Numbered from the stretch's first letter, positions 8,278 to 17,780 are shown. The stretch is 64,000 nucleotides of DNA from Saprospiraceae bacterium (GCA_046153695.1 JBJXEZ010000273.1:411-64410), one strand, 5' to 3'. Translations and numbers: made by a program. The notes: generated by a model not told the origin, from the sequence alone.

Positions 8278-9202
8278 ATGTCCACTCACCTACCAGCCTT
8301 GCGGCACCGAGCGGTACAGCCCGGAGGGGTTGCGGCGCATCCACCGCCAATTGTTCGCGCTCAAAGATTTGCCCTACTCCGCCCAAGAACAGCGGGCGGA
8401 AGCCGCTGGCCGGATGCGCCGGATGTCCATTCAAGGCGTTCAGCCCAAGTTGAGCGCAAGGCTCAACCCGAAGGCAGCCCTGTTCGAGTTGACAGACACG
8501 GGCGGGCGGTACATCATCAAGCCCCAGAGCGACACCTACCGATGCCTGCCCGAAAATGAGGACTTGACCATGCGCATGGCCGCCGCCTGCGGCATCGAAA
8601 CGCCATGGCATGGGCTGATTTGGTGCTGCGATGGCAGCTTGAGTTATGTGGTGCAGCGTTTTGACCGCATCGGCAAAACGGAGAAAGTGGCGATGGAAGA
8701 TTTTGCCCAACTGGCCGGGCTGAGCCGCGAGACGAAGTACGATTTCACGACCGAAAAAATGATTCGGCTCATCGAGGCGCACTGCACGTTCCCGGCTTTG
8801 GAAAAACTCAAATTCTTCCGCCTCATCCTGTTCTGCTTCCTGACGGGCAACGAGGACATGCACCTGAAAAACTTTTCGCTGCTCACCCGCGACCACCGCA
8901 CCGAGTTCTCGCCCGCCTACGATTTGCTGAACACGACGCTCGCGCTCGGCAAGGCCGACGACGAACTGGCGCTGATGCTTGCCGGGAAGCGCAAGGAGTT
9001 CCGCCGCCGCGAATTGGTGGACTATTTTGCTTTTGAAAGGCTCGCGCTGCTGCCCGCTGCTGCCCAAAAAACATTGGACAAACTGGCCGCTGCCCGTCCG
9101 GTTTGGTTCGACCTGCTGGAACGCTCGTTTCTGCCCGACGACCTGAAAACGAGCTACCGCAAAATGCTGGAAGAGCGGCTGGCGCGGCTGGAAGGTCGGT
9201 GA
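8270..9202 (+). CDS. hipT: HipT-like Ser/Thr kinase toxin (HipA C-terminal kinase core without the N-terminal subdomain)
   Basis: The Gly-rich loop is RRMSIQGVQPKLS, the catalytic loop is TGNEDMHLKNFSLL, and the Mg-binding motif is SPAYDLLNT. The protein is 310 aa from the ATG at 8270. Confidence 0.8.
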   Translation: MNKCPLTYQPCGTERYSPEGLRRIHRQLFALKDLPYSAQEQRAEAAGRMRRMSIQGVQPKLSARLNPKAALFELTDTGGRYIIKPQSDTYRCLPENEDLTMRMAAACGIETPWHGLIWCCDGSLSYVVQRFDRIGKTEKVAMEDFAQLAGLSRETKYDFTTEKMIRLIEAHCTFPALEKLKFFRLILFCFLTGNEDMHLKNFSLLTRDHRTEFSPAYDLLNTTLALGKADDELALMLAGKRKEFRRRELVDYFAFERLALLPAAAQKTLDKLAAARPVWFDLLERSFLPDDLKTSYRKMLEERLARLEGR

Positions 9203-9216
9203 AGGTGGCGGATGAC

Positions 9217-9249
9217 AACGTCGGAAGGGTTTGAAACCCTTCCGACGTT
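9217..9249. terminator. Bidirectional terminator-like hairpin between convergent hipT and the LRR fragment
   Basis: There is a 14-bp perfect stem aacgtcggaagggt / acccttccgacgtt with loop ttgaa, followed by ttcgtttcg. Confidence 0.55.
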
Positions 9250-9265
9250 TCGTTTCGCGCTTCAT

Positions 9266-9481
9266 TCAAAAATAAACCTTACACCCCGCAGGCATCAAGC
9301 GCCGGATGCGCTCCCGCTCGGCTTCAGGGATGGGATTGCCGCTTAAACTCAAGAAGGTCAATTTTTTCAATTCCCCGATTTCAGCAGGTAAGTCGGTCAA
9401 GTCGTTGCCGAAGAAAGATGTGCCGCCTCCGCTACGGAAGCAGTAACTCAGGCGCAGTAACAATGGCAACGCGGCGTACAT
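9266..9481 (-). pseudogene. C-terminal fragment of a leucine-rich-repeat protein gene
   Basis: Only ~1.5 LRR units remain, plus the typical LRR-protein tail FGNDLTDLPAEIGELKKLTFLSLSGNPIPEAERERIRRLMPAGCKVYF. The N-terminal 25 aa are not LRR-like, and no upstream continuation exists in frame. Confidence 0.45.
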
Positions 9482-9651
9482 GGATTTGCGGATGCCCGTG
9501 GATTTCCCCGCCAGGGCAACTGTTCTGCAACTATAAAAGATCGACGAGGCTCGCGAGCGTCTGAGACGCGATGCGTGGTGTCAGCCGGTCTCTGACCGGA
9601 ACTCTGTAAACAACAAGCACAAATAGCACTCGGCACGGCTCCATTTTTCGC

Positions 9652-9659
9652 TACTTTTG
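9652..9659 (+). promoter_or_regulatory. -7 promoter box (TAnnTTTG) upstream of the Rpn-like gene
   Basis: tacttttg lies 19 nt upstream of the ATG at 9678. Confidence 0.4.
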
Positions 9660-9677
9660 CCACCAAAACACCCTTGC

Positions 9678-10511
9678 ATGGTGCTCCAGGACAAGTATAT
9701 AAACCCGTTTACGGATTTTGGCTTCAAAAAATTGTTCGGCTCCGAGCCGAACAAGGACCTTCTGATTGACTTTTTGAATCAGGTATTGCCCGGCAAACAC
9801 CGGATACAAGACCTGACCTACGCCCGTACCGAGCAACTCGGCAACACGGAAGCAGACCGAAAGGCAATTTTCGACCTGTACTGCATCGGCGAAAACGGCG
9901 AGCGGTTCATCGTGGAAATGCAAAAAGCCAAGCAGAATTTTTTCAAGGACCGAAGCGTGTACTACGCCTCGTTCCCCATTCAGGAACAGGCCAAAAAAGG
10001 CGACTGGAACTACCAGTTGGCTGCCGTGTACATGGTCGGCATTCTGGACTTCACCTTTTCGGAAGATGCGGCGGAACGGGAGGTGCGCCATGAGGTGCAA
10101 CTGAAAGACCACAAGTGCCGGGTATTTTATGACAAACTGACCTTTATCTACTTGGAGATGCCCAATTTCAGTAAGTCGGAAGCAGACCTGCAAAACAACT
10201 TTGACAAGTGGATGTACGTGCTGCAACAACTCCCCTATTTGCAAAACCGACCTCCTGCGTTGCAGGAGCGTGTTTTCCAGAAATTGTTCGAAGCCGCCGA
10301 GATCGCCAAATTCACCTCCGATGACAAAGCCAAATACGAAGAGAGCCTGAAGTATTACCGGGATTTGAAAAATGTGGTGGATACTTCATTTGATGAGGGG
10401 AAGGCTGAGCGAAGTATAGAAATCGCCCGCCAAATGAAATCTGAAGGCGAGCCGATAGAAAAAATCGTTCGGTTCACCGGTTTGGGTTCGGAGGAGATTG
10501 GAAGGCTGTGA
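9678..10511 (+). CDS. Rpn family recombination-promoting nuclease / PD-(D/E)XK transposase-like protein
   Basis: The N-terminus KYINPFTDFGFKKLFGSEPNKDLLIDFLN and the nuclease core DLYCIGENGERFIVEMQKAKQ are present, with a helical C-terminal repeat region typical of this family. Confidence 0.8.
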   Translation: MVLQDKYINPFTDFGFKKLFGSEPNKDLLIDFLNQVLPGKHRIQDLTYARTEQLGNTEADRKAIFDLYCIGENGERFIVEMQKAKQNFFKDRSVYYASFPIQEQAKKGDWNYQLAAVYMVGILDFTFSEDAAEREVRHEVQLKDHKCRVFYDKLTFIYLEMPNFSKSEADLQNNFDKWMYVLQQLPYLQNRPPALQERVFQKLFEAAEIAKFTSDDKAKYEESLKYYRDLKNVVDTSFDEGKAERSIEIARQMKSEGEPIEKIVRFTGLGSEEIGRL

Positions 10512-10539
10512 TAACTACCCGCTGGGTGTAAATTCATCC

Positions 10540-11130
10540 TCAGTGCAACAACCGCAGCGCCGCCTTGATCAAATCCTCCACTTTCACGGCACCAGGCTGC
10601 TCCTTGAACACCTGATTCAGTGCCTTTTGCCCGGCTATGCGGTTGATCCCCAAGGCCATGAGGGCATTCAGGGCTTCATCTCTTGCAACATTGTCGGTCA
10701 TGGGCAGGAGCACAGGGCCATCGGGCGATTCCTTGGCGAGGCGATTTTTCAGGTCGAGAATAATCTGTTTGGAAGCCTTCGGGCCAATGCCTTTGGCACG
10801 CTGCAACACATGCGCCTGTTCGCCGATAATGGCCGAACGAATCTCATCCACAGACATGGCCGACAACAGCAACAGTGCCGAGGTGGGGCCGACACCAGTC
10901 ACACTGATGAGCTGCGCAAACATATTTCGTTCGACCTGTGTAGAAAAACCGTAGAGCGCCTGCGCGTCTTCGGTGACGTGGAAATGGGTGTACACCGTAG
11001 CGCTCTCCTTGCCCTCCAGCGCGGTGTAGGTGCTCAACGGGATACTCAGGAAATAGCCCACACCGCCTACCTCAAGGGTGAGATTGGACGCAGAACGGTA
11101 GGTAATGCTGCCTTTGAGGTATGCGTACAT
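10540..11130 (-). CDS. ruvA: Holliday junction branch migration protein RuvA
   Basis: MYAYLKGSI...LEVGGVGYFLSIPLSTY..., HhH motifs LISVTGVGPTSALLLLS and AKGIGPKASKQIILDLK; 196 aa. Confidence 0.93.
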   Translation of the reverse strand: MYAYLKGSITYRSASNLTLEVGGVGYFLSIPLSTYTALEGKESATVYTHFHVTEDAQALYGFSTQVERNMFAQLISVTGVGPTSALLLLSAMSVDEIRSAIIGEQAHVLQRAKGIGPKASKQIILDLKNRLAKESPDGPVLLPMTDNVARDEALNALMALGINRIAGQKALNQVFKEQPGAVKVEDLIKAALRLLH

Positions 11131-11150
11131 TTCGCGAAGTGGTTGAAAAA

Positions 11151-12422
11151 TTACATGATTCGGGTGCCGTCAGGGATCACGGCGCCTTTTTTTACCACCA
11201 CGATGCCGTCGCGGATGCAAAAAGCATCGGCATCGGTGTCGGGCAGGTGGTCGCCTCCCTTGATGATCACATTGCTGCCAATGCAGCAGTCCTTGTCGAG
11301 AATGGCGTGCTCAATGTGGCAATTGGCTCCTACACCTTTCGGAATCTGGTCGGGATTTAGGGCTATTTCCTGCAAGGTCTGGTAGTGATCGTTGCCCATG
11401 ACAATGGCTTCTTTGATAACGGTATTTTCACCAATACGGGAACGAATGCCGATTATAGCGCTGTCAATCAAATCGGCATGAATGATGGAACCTTCGGCGA
11501 TGAGGGCGCGGTTGACCCTGGTGCCGCCGTGAAATTTGGCCGGAGGCAGCATACGGCCACGGGTGTAGATCATGCGGCGATTGTCGAACAGGTTGAAAGA
11601 CGGGATGTGGTCGGTCAGCTCAATGTTGGCCTCGAAAAACGAGCGGATGGTACCAATGTCGGTCCAATACCCGTCATACTGGTAGCCAGCCACTTTGCGC
11701 CCGCTGTTGATAGCAGCGGGTATGATTTCTTTGCCGAAATCCGTGGCCTCGGGGTGCTGGTCGAACAAATCGCTCAGTGCTTTGCGGTTGAAAATGTAGA
11801 TGCCCATGGAGGCCATGTACACGCGCCCGCGTTTTTGGTGCATAGAACTGACTTCGCTCACCCAGTCGGGCAGCAGATCGGACTTGGGTTTTTCTACAAA
11901 CCGCGGGATGTACCCCTGCTCGTCTACTTTCATTATTCCAAACCCCGTGGCATCGCGGGCCGTGACCGGCAGGCAGGCAATGGTCAGATCCGCCTGGCGC
12001 TCAATATGGTTGAGCACCATTTCCTCGAAATCCATGTGGTAGAGCTGGTCGCCCGACAGGATGAGCACATAGTCGAAGTCCTGCCGCTCGTAGTGTTGTC
12101 GGCTCTGGCGTACGGCATCGGCAGTGCCCTGAAACCAGGTATCGTTGCCGGGGGTCTGTTCGGCAGCCAGAATATCCACGAATCCGTGGGTAAAATGGTC
12201 GAAGTTGTACGCGTTTTTGATGTGGGCGTTCAGGGAGGCGGAATTGTACTGCGTGAGCACAAACATGCGCTTCACACCGGAGTTGATGCAGTTGGAAATC
12301 GGTATGTCAATAAGGCGGTACTTGCCGCCGATGGGCACGGCGGGTTTGGAGCGTTTTTCCGTCAGGGGGAAAAGGCGGGAGCCGGCACCGCCGCCGAGGA
12401 TGAGGGAGATCATTTTTATCAT
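11151..12422 (-). CDS. glgC: Glucose-1-phosphate adenylyltransferase
   Basis: The N-terminal signature is LILGGGAGSRLFPLTEKRSKPAVPIGGKYRLIDIPISNC. The C-terminus is a left-handed beta-helix. 423 aa. Confidence 0.9.
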   Translation of the reverse strand: MIKMISLILGGGAGSRLFPLTEKRSKPAVPIGGKYRLIDIPISNCINSGVKRMFVLTQYNSASLNAHIKNAYNFDHFTHGFVDILAAEQTPGNDTWFQGTADAVRQSRQHYERQDFDYVLILSGDQLYHMDFEEMVLNHIERQADLTIACLPVTARDATGFGIMKVDEQGYIPRFVEKPKSDLLPDWVSEVSSMHQKRGRVYMASMGIYIFNRKALSDLFDQHPEATDFGKEIIPAAINSGRKVAGYQYDGYWTDIGTIRSFFEANIELTDHIPSFNLFDNRRMIYTRGRMLPPAKFHGGTRVNRALIAEGSIIHADLIDSAIIGIRSRIGENTVIKEAIVMGNDHYQTLQEIALNPDQIPKGVGANCHIEHAILDKDCCIGSNVIIKGGDHLPDTDADAFCIRDGIVVVKKGAVIPDGTRIM

Positions 12423-12523
12423 GGCGAACCTGTTTGTCGGGCGCTAATGTAGGGTTACGTTCTTTACAGGTACGTACTTTTCTTTGAAAAAGCACTTGTT
12501 TTGCGGGACAAAGCCACTTGCCC

Positions 12524-14731
12524 ATGCACCCGGTCACTATTTTTTCGCTTGCTCTATTTTGTGTTTTTCGGGCTGCTGCCCAAACACCCGTCATTTGGCT
12601 GCCTGCACGGCCCGCACCTGCCGAGGTTCGCGCAGCCGAAGTACTGCATCATTATTTAAAACAAATAACGGTGCAGCGGGCGGCAGTTATCGAAACAGCC
12701 AGCACTGTAGCAGGCAAATGGGAGCCGGGGCAGCCGCTCATTGTAATAGGCCAACACCACGCCCTGGCTTCGCTCGGTTTGGAAAAAACACCAGATTTGC
12801 CCGACGATGCCTACTTTTTGCAAAGCAAAAACAATGTATTCCACATCGCGGGCGGCGGTGAAATGGGCACGGAGTACGGCGTGTACGACCTGCTCGAGCG
12901 GCTCGGCTGCCGCAAATTCAGTCCGCAAGATTCGTTGTTGCCTCTGTTGCACACGCTGAAACTGCCCGTAGTACCGCCCGTCCTGCAAAAACCGGCTTTT
13001 CCGTACCGCGAGTTGCATTACCAACCGGCCTTCGACGAGGCTTGGGCACGCTGGCACCGCCTGAAAACCCGCCGCGACAAGGAGCAGGAATGGGGCCTGT
13101 TCGTCCATACGTTTCACGTCTTGTGCCCAGCCGAACGATACTTCGCGGAACACCCGGAGTACTTCGCGTGGAACGGAGCGCAGCGCTCGTCGGGCCAGTT
13201 GTGCCTGAGCAACGACACCGTGCGCCAGATCGTGGTGGCCTCACTTCGGGAAAAAATGCGAGCGAAACCCGGAGCCCAATATTGGTCGGTCAGTCAGGAC
13301 GATAACTACGATTCCTGCAAATGCCCGCGCTGCGCCGCTTCCGATGACCGGTACGGCAGTCCTGCCGGCACGCTGCTGGCCTTCGTGAATGCTGTGGCTG
13401 CCGATTTCCCCGACAAAACGATCAGCACCCTCGCGTACCAGTACACCCGCCGGGCACCCAAGGGTATTCGGCCCGCGCCCAACGTCAGTATTTGCCTGTG
13501 CAGCATCGAGTGCAATCGGGGGCAGCCCATCACGGAGGGCTGTAGCGACTTTGCCCGCGACGTGGAAGAATGGGCCAACCTCACCGACAACCTGATGATC
13601 TGGGACTATGTGGTGCAGTTTCGCAGTTATGTCAGCCCGTTTCCCAATTGGCACACCCTGCAACCCAATATCCGCCTTTTCAAAAAAAATGGCACCCGGA
13701 TGCTGTTCGAGCAAGGTTCCGGTGGCGACCGGTCCGAGTTCTCGGATATGCGGGCCTACCTGCTGGCCAAACTTATGTGGAACCCCGAGGCCGATATGGA
13801 TTCCATTCTGACTGACTTCGGCAAGGGCTACTACGGCAGTGCCCAACCAGCAGTCTGGCGTTACATTCACGACCTGACTACCAACCTGCAAGCCGCCGGA
13901 AACCACTTGTGGATATACGACGTGCCGCAAAACGAACGCTTCCTGCACGACAGCATGCTACGCCAGCACTACCTGAGTCTTCGCCATGCCGAAACCCTGC
14001 TGAACGGCGACACTATGCGTCAACGTCGCTTGCTGGCAGCCTGGCTGCCCATCCGTTTTGCCCTCGCCGAACGCGCGAAAGTGGACAGTCTCTCGCTCGC
14101 GGAAATCCTTGCCGACCCGCCCGATCAATACCTGCGCGGTTTGCAATTGTTTGTGGACGGGTGTAAGGCCGCGGGCTTCGCAAACCTGCACGAAAACCGG
14201 TATTCGCCGGAAGCGTACATGGCAGATTTCACGACGTTTTTGGAAAAACAACGCGCCGCTGCTCATGGCCGGGCGCATGCACCCCGGCTGAACAAGCCCG
14301 CTTCTGCTACCTACGCTAAGGGTGATCCGAACGAACTGACCAATCGCCGGGTAGGTGAATTGGACTATCGTTACAACTGGCTTGGTTTTCAGGGGAATGA
14401 CCTGTTGGCTACCGTGCGGGTGCAGGGCGATTCCTGCTCTGGCATCAGCGTTTCATTTTTGCAAGACCAGCAGTCGTGGGTGTTTTTTCCAAAAGAAGTC
14501 ATATTCGAGGTTTCCACAGAAGGCGTGCATTTCCGGCGGGTGCATACCGAAAAAATCGAAGTCGTGCCCGACGGGAAAAAGGCGACCAAAACGGTAGAGG
14601 TCGTCCTTAAAACGGCTCAGCGAGCCAAATTTGTACGAGTTTCTGCTGCCAACACGGGTGTTTGCCCGGGCTGGCACGGTTGTAACGGAAACCCCTGCTG
14701 GATTTTTGCTGACGAGATTATCGTGCGATAA
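12524..14731 (+). CDS. Secreted DUF4838-like (glycoside-hydrolase-related) protein with a C-terminal F5/8 type C (discoidin)-like domain
   Basis: The signal peptide is MHPVTIFSLALFCVFRAAAQ. The central region (LAFVNAVAADFPDKTISTLAYQYTRRAP...ICLCSIECN) resembles DUF4838 proteins from memory. The last ~140 aa have a discoidin-like pattern. The family assignment was not verified by search. Confidence 0.55.
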   Translation: MHPVTIFSLALFCVFRAAAQTPVIWLPARPAPAEVRAAEVLHHYLKQITVQRAAVIETASTVAGKWEPGQPLIVIGQHHALASLGLEKTPDLPDDAYFLQSKNNVFHIAGGGEMGTEYGVYDLLERLGCRKFSPQDSLLPLLHTLKLPVVPPVLQKPAFPYRELHYQPAFDEAWARWHRLKTRRDKEQEWGLFVHTFHVLCPAERYFAEHPEYFAWNGAQRSSGQLCLSNDTVRQIVVASLREKMRAKPGAQYWSVSQDDNYDSCKCPRCAASDDRYGSPAGTLLAFVNAVAADFPDKTISTLAYQYTRRAPKGIRPAPNVSICLCSIECNRGQPITEGCSDFARDVEEWANLTDNLMIWDYVVQFRSYVSPFPNWHTLQPNIRLFKKNGTRMLFEQGSGGDRSEFSDMRAYLLAKLMWNPEADMDSILTDFGKGYYGSAQPAVWRYIHDLTTNLQAAGNHLWIYDVPQNERFLHDSMLRQHYLSLRHAETLLNGDTMRQRRLLAAWLPIRFALAERAKVDSLSLAEILADPPDQYLRGLQLFVDGCKAAGFANLHENRYSPEAYMADFTTFLEKQRAAAHGRAHAPRLNKPASATYAKGDPNELTNRRVGELDYRYNWLGFQGNDLLATVRVQGDSCSGISVSFLQDQQSWVFFPKEVIFEVSTEGVHFRRVHTEKIEVVPDGKKATKTVEVVLKTAQRAKFVRVSAANTGVCPGWHGCNGNPCWIFADEIIVR

Positions 14732-14735
14732 AACA

Positions 14736-14767
14736 AACGCCGGAAGGGATCAAGCCCCCCCGGCGTT
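14736..14767 (+). terminator. Terminator-like hairpin after the DUF4838 gene
   Basis: The stem is aacgccgg / ccggcgtt, 5 nt after the stop codon. A T-run (cattttttttg) lies 12 nt further on. Confidence 0.4.
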
Positions 14768-14806
14768 ATTAGCAGCACCATTTTTTTTGCGGACTAGTTC
14801 TGTTTA

Positions 14807-14866
14807 AGAGTGTGTTTGAAATTTAGTGCCGCTTGCAGCCCGGCGACTAAATTTTAAACACGCTCT
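14807..14866. repeat. MITE/REP-like palindromic element, short copy (family A)
   Basis: agagtgtgtttgaaatttagtgccg - gcttgcagcc - cggcgactaaattttaaacacgctct forms a 25-bp imperfect hairpin. Its arms and loop match the ends of the 4992-5171 element. Confidence 0.7.
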
Positions 14867-14881
14867 AATACCGGTAATTAC

Positions 14882-15553
14882 TCAATTCAACTTATCCAAA
14901 TCCCGGATCAGGATCGAGTTTCTGTTGAAATGAATGAGGTTGGATTTGCGCAATTCGTTCAGGATAGCCGTCACAGTTTGGCGGCTGGCACCCACGAGAT
15001 TGGCAATGTCCTGTTGGGTAAGGCCGTGTTTGACCAGGGTTTCGAAGCCTACCTGGCGACCGCGCTCGCCGGCGCTTTCTTTCAAGAATTCCACGATACG
15101 GGTGCGCACGTCTTTCAGGATCAGCGACTCCCACTGGCGCTCGGCGCGGCGCAAACGCTCGCCAAGGTACAGCATGACTGCTTGTGAAAGGGCGAAATTC
15201 CGTTCCATAAACTGTTTGAAATCGGCCACCCGGATGACGCAGTACCGAACATCCTGGTTCATGGCACTGGCGAATTCAGCCCGGCGGGTCTCGCCCGTAA
15301 GGCCTAGCTCGCCGAACACGGAGAGCGGATGCTGGATGTTTTTGATGATCTCGCGTCCATCGGGCGAGTAAATGCCGATCTTGATCGTGCCCTGCAAAAG
15401 CAGGCAGATATAATCGCTCGGTTCGTCGGCCAGGTAGATGTAACCGTGTTTGTAGGCTGTTCGAACTTCGGCCACTTGGGCCAGTTCGCGCAATTCATCT
15501 GGTGATAAGGTGGCGAGGATCGGAAATCGTTGCAGGATGTAAATGACGTCCAT
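14882..15553 (-). CDS. Crp/Fnr family transcriptional regulator
   Basis: It has a cNMP-binding fold (GTIKIGIYSPDGREII..., FGELGLTGETRRAEFA) and the C-terminal HTH LTQQDIANLVGASRQTVTAILNEL. The start is set at the internal ATG (MDVIYILQRFP...). Confidence 0.85.
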   Translation of the reverse strand: MDVIYILQRFPILATLSPDELRELAQVAEVRTAYKHGYIYLADEPSDYICLLLQGTIKIGIYSPDGREIIKNIQHPLSVFGELGLTGETRRAEFASAMNQDVRYCVIRVADFKQFMERNFALSQAVMLYLGERLRRAERQWESLILKDVRTRIVEFLKESAGERGRQVGFETLVKHGLTQQDIANLVGASRQTVTAILNELRKSNLIHFNRNSILIRDLDKLN

Positions 15554-15668
15554 CTTAGAAGATTGTTTCGGATTAGAATGAAGATTGGTTGACAGTAGCT
15601 CCAAACCAAGAATTGTGCCAAGGGTATGTTTATTCTTTTTATTAGCCTTGAATTGAATGTCAAGGTTT

Positions 15669-15676
15669 TACTTTTG
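15669..15676 (+). promoter_or_regulatory. -7 promoter box (TAnnTTTG) upstream of glgB
   Basis: tacttttg lies 60 nt upstream of the glgB ATG. Confidence 0.4.
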
Positions 15677-15735
15677 ACCGTTCAAAAAAACGACTGGGCT
15701 ATCTGGCCGCGGTCTTTTACCCAACCTGTGTTACC

Positions 15736-17745
15736 ATGCAGACAGTCAAGGCTTTTTCCCTTTTGTCGGACTTCGACATTTCCCTGTTTCAGGGCGGTAA
15801 ACATTTCAGGTTGTACCAAAAACTGGGCAGCCACCTTGTCGAATGCGAAGGCGAACAGGGTGTCTATTTCGCCGTATGGGCACCCCATGCCCGAAAAGTA
15901 TCCGTAACAGGCACCTTCAACGACTGGAATCCAAAAGCCCATGTGTTGCTGCCCCGTTGGGACAAAAGCGGAATTTGGGAGGGATTTATACCCGGGATCG
16001 GCAAGGGCACGGTGTACAAGTACCATGTGACTATGCAAAACGGCAAGGGCCTCGACAAAGGCGACCCGTATGCGATGCGTTGGGAAACGCCCCCGCAAAC
16101 CGCTTCCATTGTGTGGGATATGGAAGGCTACGACTGGAACGATAAACCGTGGCTCGATAAACGCCTGAGCCGGGCGGGCAAGCCCCAGCCTTGGTCGGTT
16201 TACGAAGTACATCCCGGTTCGTGGAAAAAAATGCCGGAAGACGGCAACCGCTCTTTCAATTTCCGTGAACTGGCCGACCATCTTGTGCCTTACGCCAAGG
16301 ACATGGGCTTCACCCACATCGAGCTCATGCCCGTAATGGAGCACCCCTACTTTCCTTCCTGGGGTTACCAGATCACGGGCTTTTTTGCTCCATCTGGCCG
16401 ATTTGGGCTGCCGGAGGATTTCATGCACTTCGTAGACGTTTGCCATCAGGCCGATCTCGGTGTGATCCTCGACTGGGTGCCCTCGCACTTTCCTGGCGAC
16501 ATCCACGGCTTGTACCTGTTTGATGGCTCTCACCTGTACGAGTACGCCGATATGCGGCGCGGTTTCCATCCTGATTGGAACAGCTATGTGTTTGACTACG
16601 GCCGAAACGAGGTGCGTTCCTTCTTAATTTCCAACGCCTTGTTTTGGCTGGACAAATACCACATTGACGGCCTGCGTGTGGATGCGGTGGCCTCCATGCT
16701 CTACCACGATTACTCGCGTAAAGAGGGTGAGTGGATACCCAATATTCACGGTGGACGCGAAAACCTGGAAGCCATTTCTTTCCTGCGCGACTTCAACGAG
16801 GCGGCCTACAAAAATTTTCCCGGCATCGAGACGATCGCCGAGGAAAGCACGGCTTTCCCCGGCGTGAGCAAACCTACCTGGGAGGGCGGCCTTGGTTTTG
16901 GCCAAAAATGGATGATGGGCTGGATGCACGACACGCTCAACTATTTCAAGCGCCCGCCGGTATTCCGCCGTTGGCACCAAAGTGAGGTTACGTTCTCGAT
17001 GGTCTATGCCTTTTCAGAGCGGTTCATGTTGCCGCTTAGTCACGACGAAGTCGTACATATGAAAGCCTCCCTGCTGTATAAAATGCCCGGCAGCGAGTGG
17101 GACAAGTTCGCCAACCTGCGGACCCTGTTCGGTTTCCAATGGACGCACCCTGGTTCGCACATCCTGTTTATGGGCGGCGAATTTGGCCAAACCACAGAGT
17201 GGAGCCACGACAGGGGTGTTGTGTGGGAACTGCTTCAATACGATTTTCACAAAGGATGTCAGCTATGGGTACAGGCGCTCAACCGCCTTTACTCCGAGCA
17301 CCCGGCCCTGTGGTGGCACGCCTTTTCGCCGGAAGGCTATATCTGGATCGGCGGCGACGACACCGAAAACTGTGTGCTCGCCTACTTGCGAAAAGGCCGC
17401 GCCACAGACAAGGTGCTGTTGGTTGTTTGTCATTTCAAAACCGGTACGTTGGACAACTATACCCTCGGCGTACCTTACGGTGGTACATGGCGCGAGTTGC
17501 TCAACAGCGATGATGCCCGGTTTGGTGGAAGCGGATTGCTTAACGCCGAACTGAAAGCCGAAAAAAAGGCTTCGCACGGGCAGGTACATTCGATTACCAT
17601 CAGGCTTGCGCCTCTGGCTGTTCAGATATTCGAGGGCCAGGATTTGCCAAAGGCAAAGCAGCGGAAAAAAGCAATTGACAAAAAAATCAAAACAAAACCG
17701 CGCGTCGGACCCAAGAAAGCCAAAAAGGCGACAGTTCACTCGTAA
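15736..17745 (+). CDS. glgB: 1,4-alpha-glucan branching enzyme
   Basis: GH13 motifs are present: HIDGLRVDAVASMLY, ETIAEESTAFPGV, MLPLSHDEVVH. It has an N-terminal CBM48-like region and a Lys-rich C-terminal tail. 669 aa. Confidence 0.93.
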   Translation: MQTVKAFSLLSDFDISLFQGGKHFRLYQKLGSHLVECEGEQGVYFAVWAPHARKVSVTGTFNDWNPKAHVLLPRWDKSGIWEGFIPGIGKGTVYKYHVTMQNGKGLDKGDPYAMRWETPPQTASIVWDMEGYDWNDKPWLDKRLSRAGKPQPWSVYEVHPGSWKKMPEDGNRSFNFRELADHLVPYAKDMGFTHIELMPVMEHPYFPSWGYQITGFFAPSGRFGLPEDFMHFVDVCHQADLGVILDWVPSHFPGDIHGLYLFDGSHLYEYADMRRGFHPDWNSYVFDYGRNEVRSFLISNALFWLDKYHIDGLRVDAVASMLYHDYSRKEGEWIPNIHGGRENLEAISFLRDFNEAAYKNFPGIETIAEESTAFPGVSKPTWEGGLGFGQKWMMGWMHDTLNYFKRPPVFRRWHQSEVTFSMVYAFSERFMLPLSHDEVVHMKASLLYKMPGSEWDKFANLRTLFGFQWTHPGSHILFMGGEFGQTTEWSHDRGVVWELLQYDFHKGCQLWVQALNRLYSEHPALWWHAFSPEGYIWIGGDDTENCVLAYLRKGRATDKVLLVVCHFKTGTLDNYTLGVPYGGTWRELLNSDDARFGGSGLLNAELKAEKKASHGQVHSITIRLAPLAVQIFEGQDLPKAKQRKKAIDKKIKTKPRVGPKKAKKATVHS

Positions 17746-17780
17746 TCCACTTGCCGGTAGCCGACATTGGACTTATTGCG

